A program made the translations under genes and the position numbers. 64,000 nt of DNA from Octopus sinensis. Taxonomy: Eukaryota. Below, one piece after another: positions 60,658-64,000 of the stretch; within the stretch, counting starts at the first letter, position 1, and each line of letters opens with the position of its first letter. The stretch covers positions 7,006,001 through 7,070,000 of the forward strand of contig NC_043003.1 of assembly GCF_006345805.1 (NCBI RefSeq), written 5' to 3'. The notes beneath the pieces are model-generated. The model was given only the letters and a program-made list of their open reading frames with translations. It ran no database searches and had not been told where the DNA came from.

Positions 60658-61696
60658 GCTGGTGCTGTATAAAAGCATCCAGCACTCTCTGTAAAGTGGT
60701 TGGCGTTAGGGAGGGCATCCGGCTGTAAAAACCATGCCAAAACAGATATGGAATTCAGGCAGGTGGTCAGCTCCTGTCAAACCGTCCAACCCATACCAGG
60801 AAAATGGAGAACAGATACTAAATGATGATGATAATGAATGTTACAACTTAAACATTTGCATCTACCATTAAAACATTTCGCAGTTCAGTGCTTTGTCGTG
60901 GGAAAGATCTTAGGATGTGGAAGGTTTAGAAAAGATGCAGGCATGACTTCACCTTCTCTAAGTAATTTATGTACAAAATACAACAAAACTAAAATAAATT
61001 ACAAACCAAATTTAAACAAGAACAATTAATAATGATATTTATTGAGGCATTTAAATGTTAACACATGAAAAAATTCTTTTAATATGATAGAATGTCCATA
61101 TCTTGGGAATTCATAATACAAAGATGCTTGAGAAAGGCACTGTCATAGTTAACAATTTCTTGACCCTTCAGTTATATATATATATATATATATATGTATG
61201 GATATATTTATTTATTTATTTCAAAAAATGTTTTTTGGAAATTATGCAAAATTATGCAAAAAAACAATAACAAGTAACCAGGTGAGAAAACAACCAACAA
61301 GGAAAAACGGAAGAGTCTTTAATGTTTAAAGATTATGCGCTTATATATGTGTGTGTGTATTTATTTATTTAAAAGTCTTTGCAAAAAAATACTAGAAAGA
61401 ACCACAATATTTTTTAAAACAATTTTCTTAAAATATAATGAAAATCTTAGGCAAAAACAGAATGACACACACCTTTTGGAAGGAAATTTTCATGTTGTGT
61501 AAGCGCTTTCACTGATAAGTTTCTCAAACACAGGTAATGGGGTTATCCTCCATATGGATCGCCCAATAATGTATGTTTGAAAATCTTAACAGCAAAAGTC
61601 CTTACAATATAAAAACTTCCAAAAGCTTTGGGTCATTCTGTTTTTCTAAGATTTCTTTATTATAATTTTAATGTTCACATAGTGAACATTAAAATG

Positions 61697-61863
61697 TGGC
61701 TGTGTGGTAAGTAGCTTGCTAACCAACCACATGGTTCCGGGTTCAGTCCCACTGCGTGGCATCTTGGGCAAGTGTCTTCTGCTATAGCCACGGGCCGACC
61801 AATGCCTTGCGAGTGGATTTGGTAGACGGAAACTGAAAGAAGCCTGTCGTATATATGTATATA

Positions 61864-61894
<31 letters not shown>

Positions 61895-62098
61895 GTCTGT
61901 GTTTGTCCTCCTAGCATTGCTTGACAACCGATGCTGGTGTGTTTACGTCCCCGTCACCTAGCGGTTCGGCAAAAGAGATCGCTAGAATAAGTACTGGGCT
62001 TACAAAAGAATAAGTCCCGGGGTCGAGTTGCTCGACTAAAGGCGGTGCTCCAGCATGGCCGCAGTCAAATGACTGAAACATGTAAAAGAGAGAAAAGA
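61697..62098 (+). mobile_element. SINE family A copy
   Basis: Near-identical to 872-1297 and 50199-50607. Confidence 0.85.
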
Positions 62099-62944
62099 GT
62101 ATAGGTTGGACAGGATTTGTTGAGACAGATTTTTCTATAGCTGGATGCCCTTCCAATCACCAACCCTCACTTATATCCAAATAAGGTAATATTTCCTCAT
62201 GACCAAATATGTTTTCATGGAAGAATGCAACAAGGTGACACACATTTAGAAGTATCATATGATGTCAGGACAAGGAGGTAGGAACACAAAACATGTATAT
62301 AAACATGTGTGTGAAGGCACATGGCTCAGTGGTTACAGCATCGGCTCACAAATCATGAGGTTGTGAGCTCGAATCCCGGACCGGGTTGCGTGTTGTGTTC
62401 TTGAGCAAGACACTTTATTTCACTTTGCTCCAGTTCACTCAGCTGTAGAAATGAGTTGTGACATTATTGGTGCCAAGCTGTATCGGCCCCTTTGCCTTTC
62501 CCTTGGATAACATCGGTGGCATGGAGAAGGGAGACTGGTATGCATGGGTGACTGCTGGTCTTTCACAAACAACCTTGCCCGGACTTGTGCCTCAGAGGGT
62601 AACTTTCTAGGTGCAAGCTCATGGTCATTCATGACTGAAAGGGGTCTTACCCTTTACCCCAGGTGACAGTCTTCCATAAACAACCTTGCCCAGACTTGTG
62701 CCTCGGAAGGTAATTTCCTAGGTGCAATCCCATGGTCATTCATGACTGAAAGGGGTCTCCTTATACATGTTTATACATAACAGGTTTCTTTTAGTTTCTG
62801 TCTACAAAATACATTCAAAAGGCTTTGGTCAACACAGGGATATAGTAGAAGACACTCACCCGAGGAACCATAGAAGGAACTGAACCCAGAACCATGTGGT
62901 TGGGAAGCAAACTCCTTACCACACAGCCACACCTATGCCTTGTG

Positions 62945-63195
62945 AAAGATGAGATTCCAGTTTGCTGGACATTGTTGTAGAGCTGAAAAAGAGGTAATTT
63001 CTACTCTTCTCCTCTGGAAGCCATCTACTCGCAATACCAGAGGGCGCACACTCTCCTACCCTGATGTAATCTCCAGGGATACAGGCATCCAGCAACAGGA
63101 CCTCCGTAATGCCATGATGGACCGTGAGGTCTGGCGTAACATGGTAAATTCTATTGTCTCGACCACGGTCGAACAATGATGAATGATGATGATTA
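62945..63195 (+). mobile_element. RTE-type LINE 3' end (third family)
   Basis: RFQFAGHCCR...LLWKP...RGRTLSYPD...MMDREVWRNMV, followed by a (TGA)n tail. Confidence 0.8.
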
Positions 63196-63768
63196 TAGAG
63201 TTAATTTTTATTTCAAGAAAATTTTTCAACTAAACACACATACATACATACATAGAAAGAGACAAATATCTGTATGAAGTAAAGAGAGAACAACTTGTCA
63301 AAAACTGAATCCAGAAACTTCACCGGATGTCATCAGTTGAGTCTGGACACAATGGAATTAGTGAAAACCATGTATCTACAAATAGTCTAATGAGACGATA
63401 TTGCAGGACGGGAGGCTTACTTGATTAAATTTGATTTGAGAAACGAATAAGTTTGCTCCAGCATTGGTTATTAAAAGAGGTGTGTTAATGCAAAACATAA
63501 ATGTCGTTCAATGAACAGGGAATATTCACAGAACAATAGCAAAGCTGCAAGAATAAAAATAAAGTCCATACTGTAATTGATGGCATAAAAGATGGGCATA
63601 TTAGACTCACCCTGATTCCAGTAACATATATTCAGAAAGAAAAATGGTCTTAGTGTATTAAAACATGTGAAAGAAACCCAGCATTGCACATAGGACCCAA
63701 GGCAAGTTTTATGAGACAAATTCTTGGAAAAAAAGTGTCTTATACGTCATCAAACACAATATGTATAC

Positions 63769-63801
<33 letters not shown>

Positions 63802-64000
63802 CACACACATGTGTATATGGTGTATTTGATGGCATAAAAGACATATGGGTATATTAGACTAGACATGCCCTGATTCCAGCAACACATATACAGGAAAAAA
63901 AAAATGTGTCTTGTAGACCATCAAATATGGTGTGTGTGTAGAGAGAGAGAGAATGAGATGTGTATGTGTGAGACTAACAAAAACAAAGATCAAAATGTTG

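Noticed and set aside
783-62156. The many 60-130 aa ORFs overlapping SINEs and microsatellites
   Set aside because: The same peptides recur in each repeat copy and contain (YI)n/(CV)n/(D)n runs, so they are not genes.

Overview
AT-rich, repeat-dense eukaryotic genomic DNA. I recognise the SINE/LINE repertoire as octopus-like, but this is unverified. The window holds one protein-coding gene on the + strand: a Ric-8/synembryn (G-alpha chaperone/GEF) homolog. Fourteen exons from 9971 to the stop at 37512 have GT-AG sites and consistent phases, and there is a candidate first coding exon at 622-681 beside a CpG-richer patch with NRF1/ETS-like motifs. The joined CDS is about 563 aa, or about 536 aa with an alternative exon-9 donor. 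Introns and the 26 kb downstream are a mosaic of tRNA-derived SINEs, 5'-truncated RTE and CR1/L2 LINE ends, an antisense Penelope (GIY-YIG) fragment, a deleted DD41D Tc1/mariner, piggyBac-, hAT- and mariner-type MITEs, a probable Helitron and microsatellites. The most unusual items are: a 1.9-kb array of palindromic 30-mers bracketed by ~48-bp inverted termini; a 17-bp minisatellite apparently amplified from a SINE A-box, with an inverted offshoot; covarying hammerhead-like motifs at Penelope-type ends; and several long near-perfect hairpins, one apparently made by local fold-back copying. No CRISPR array or prokaryotic system is supported.
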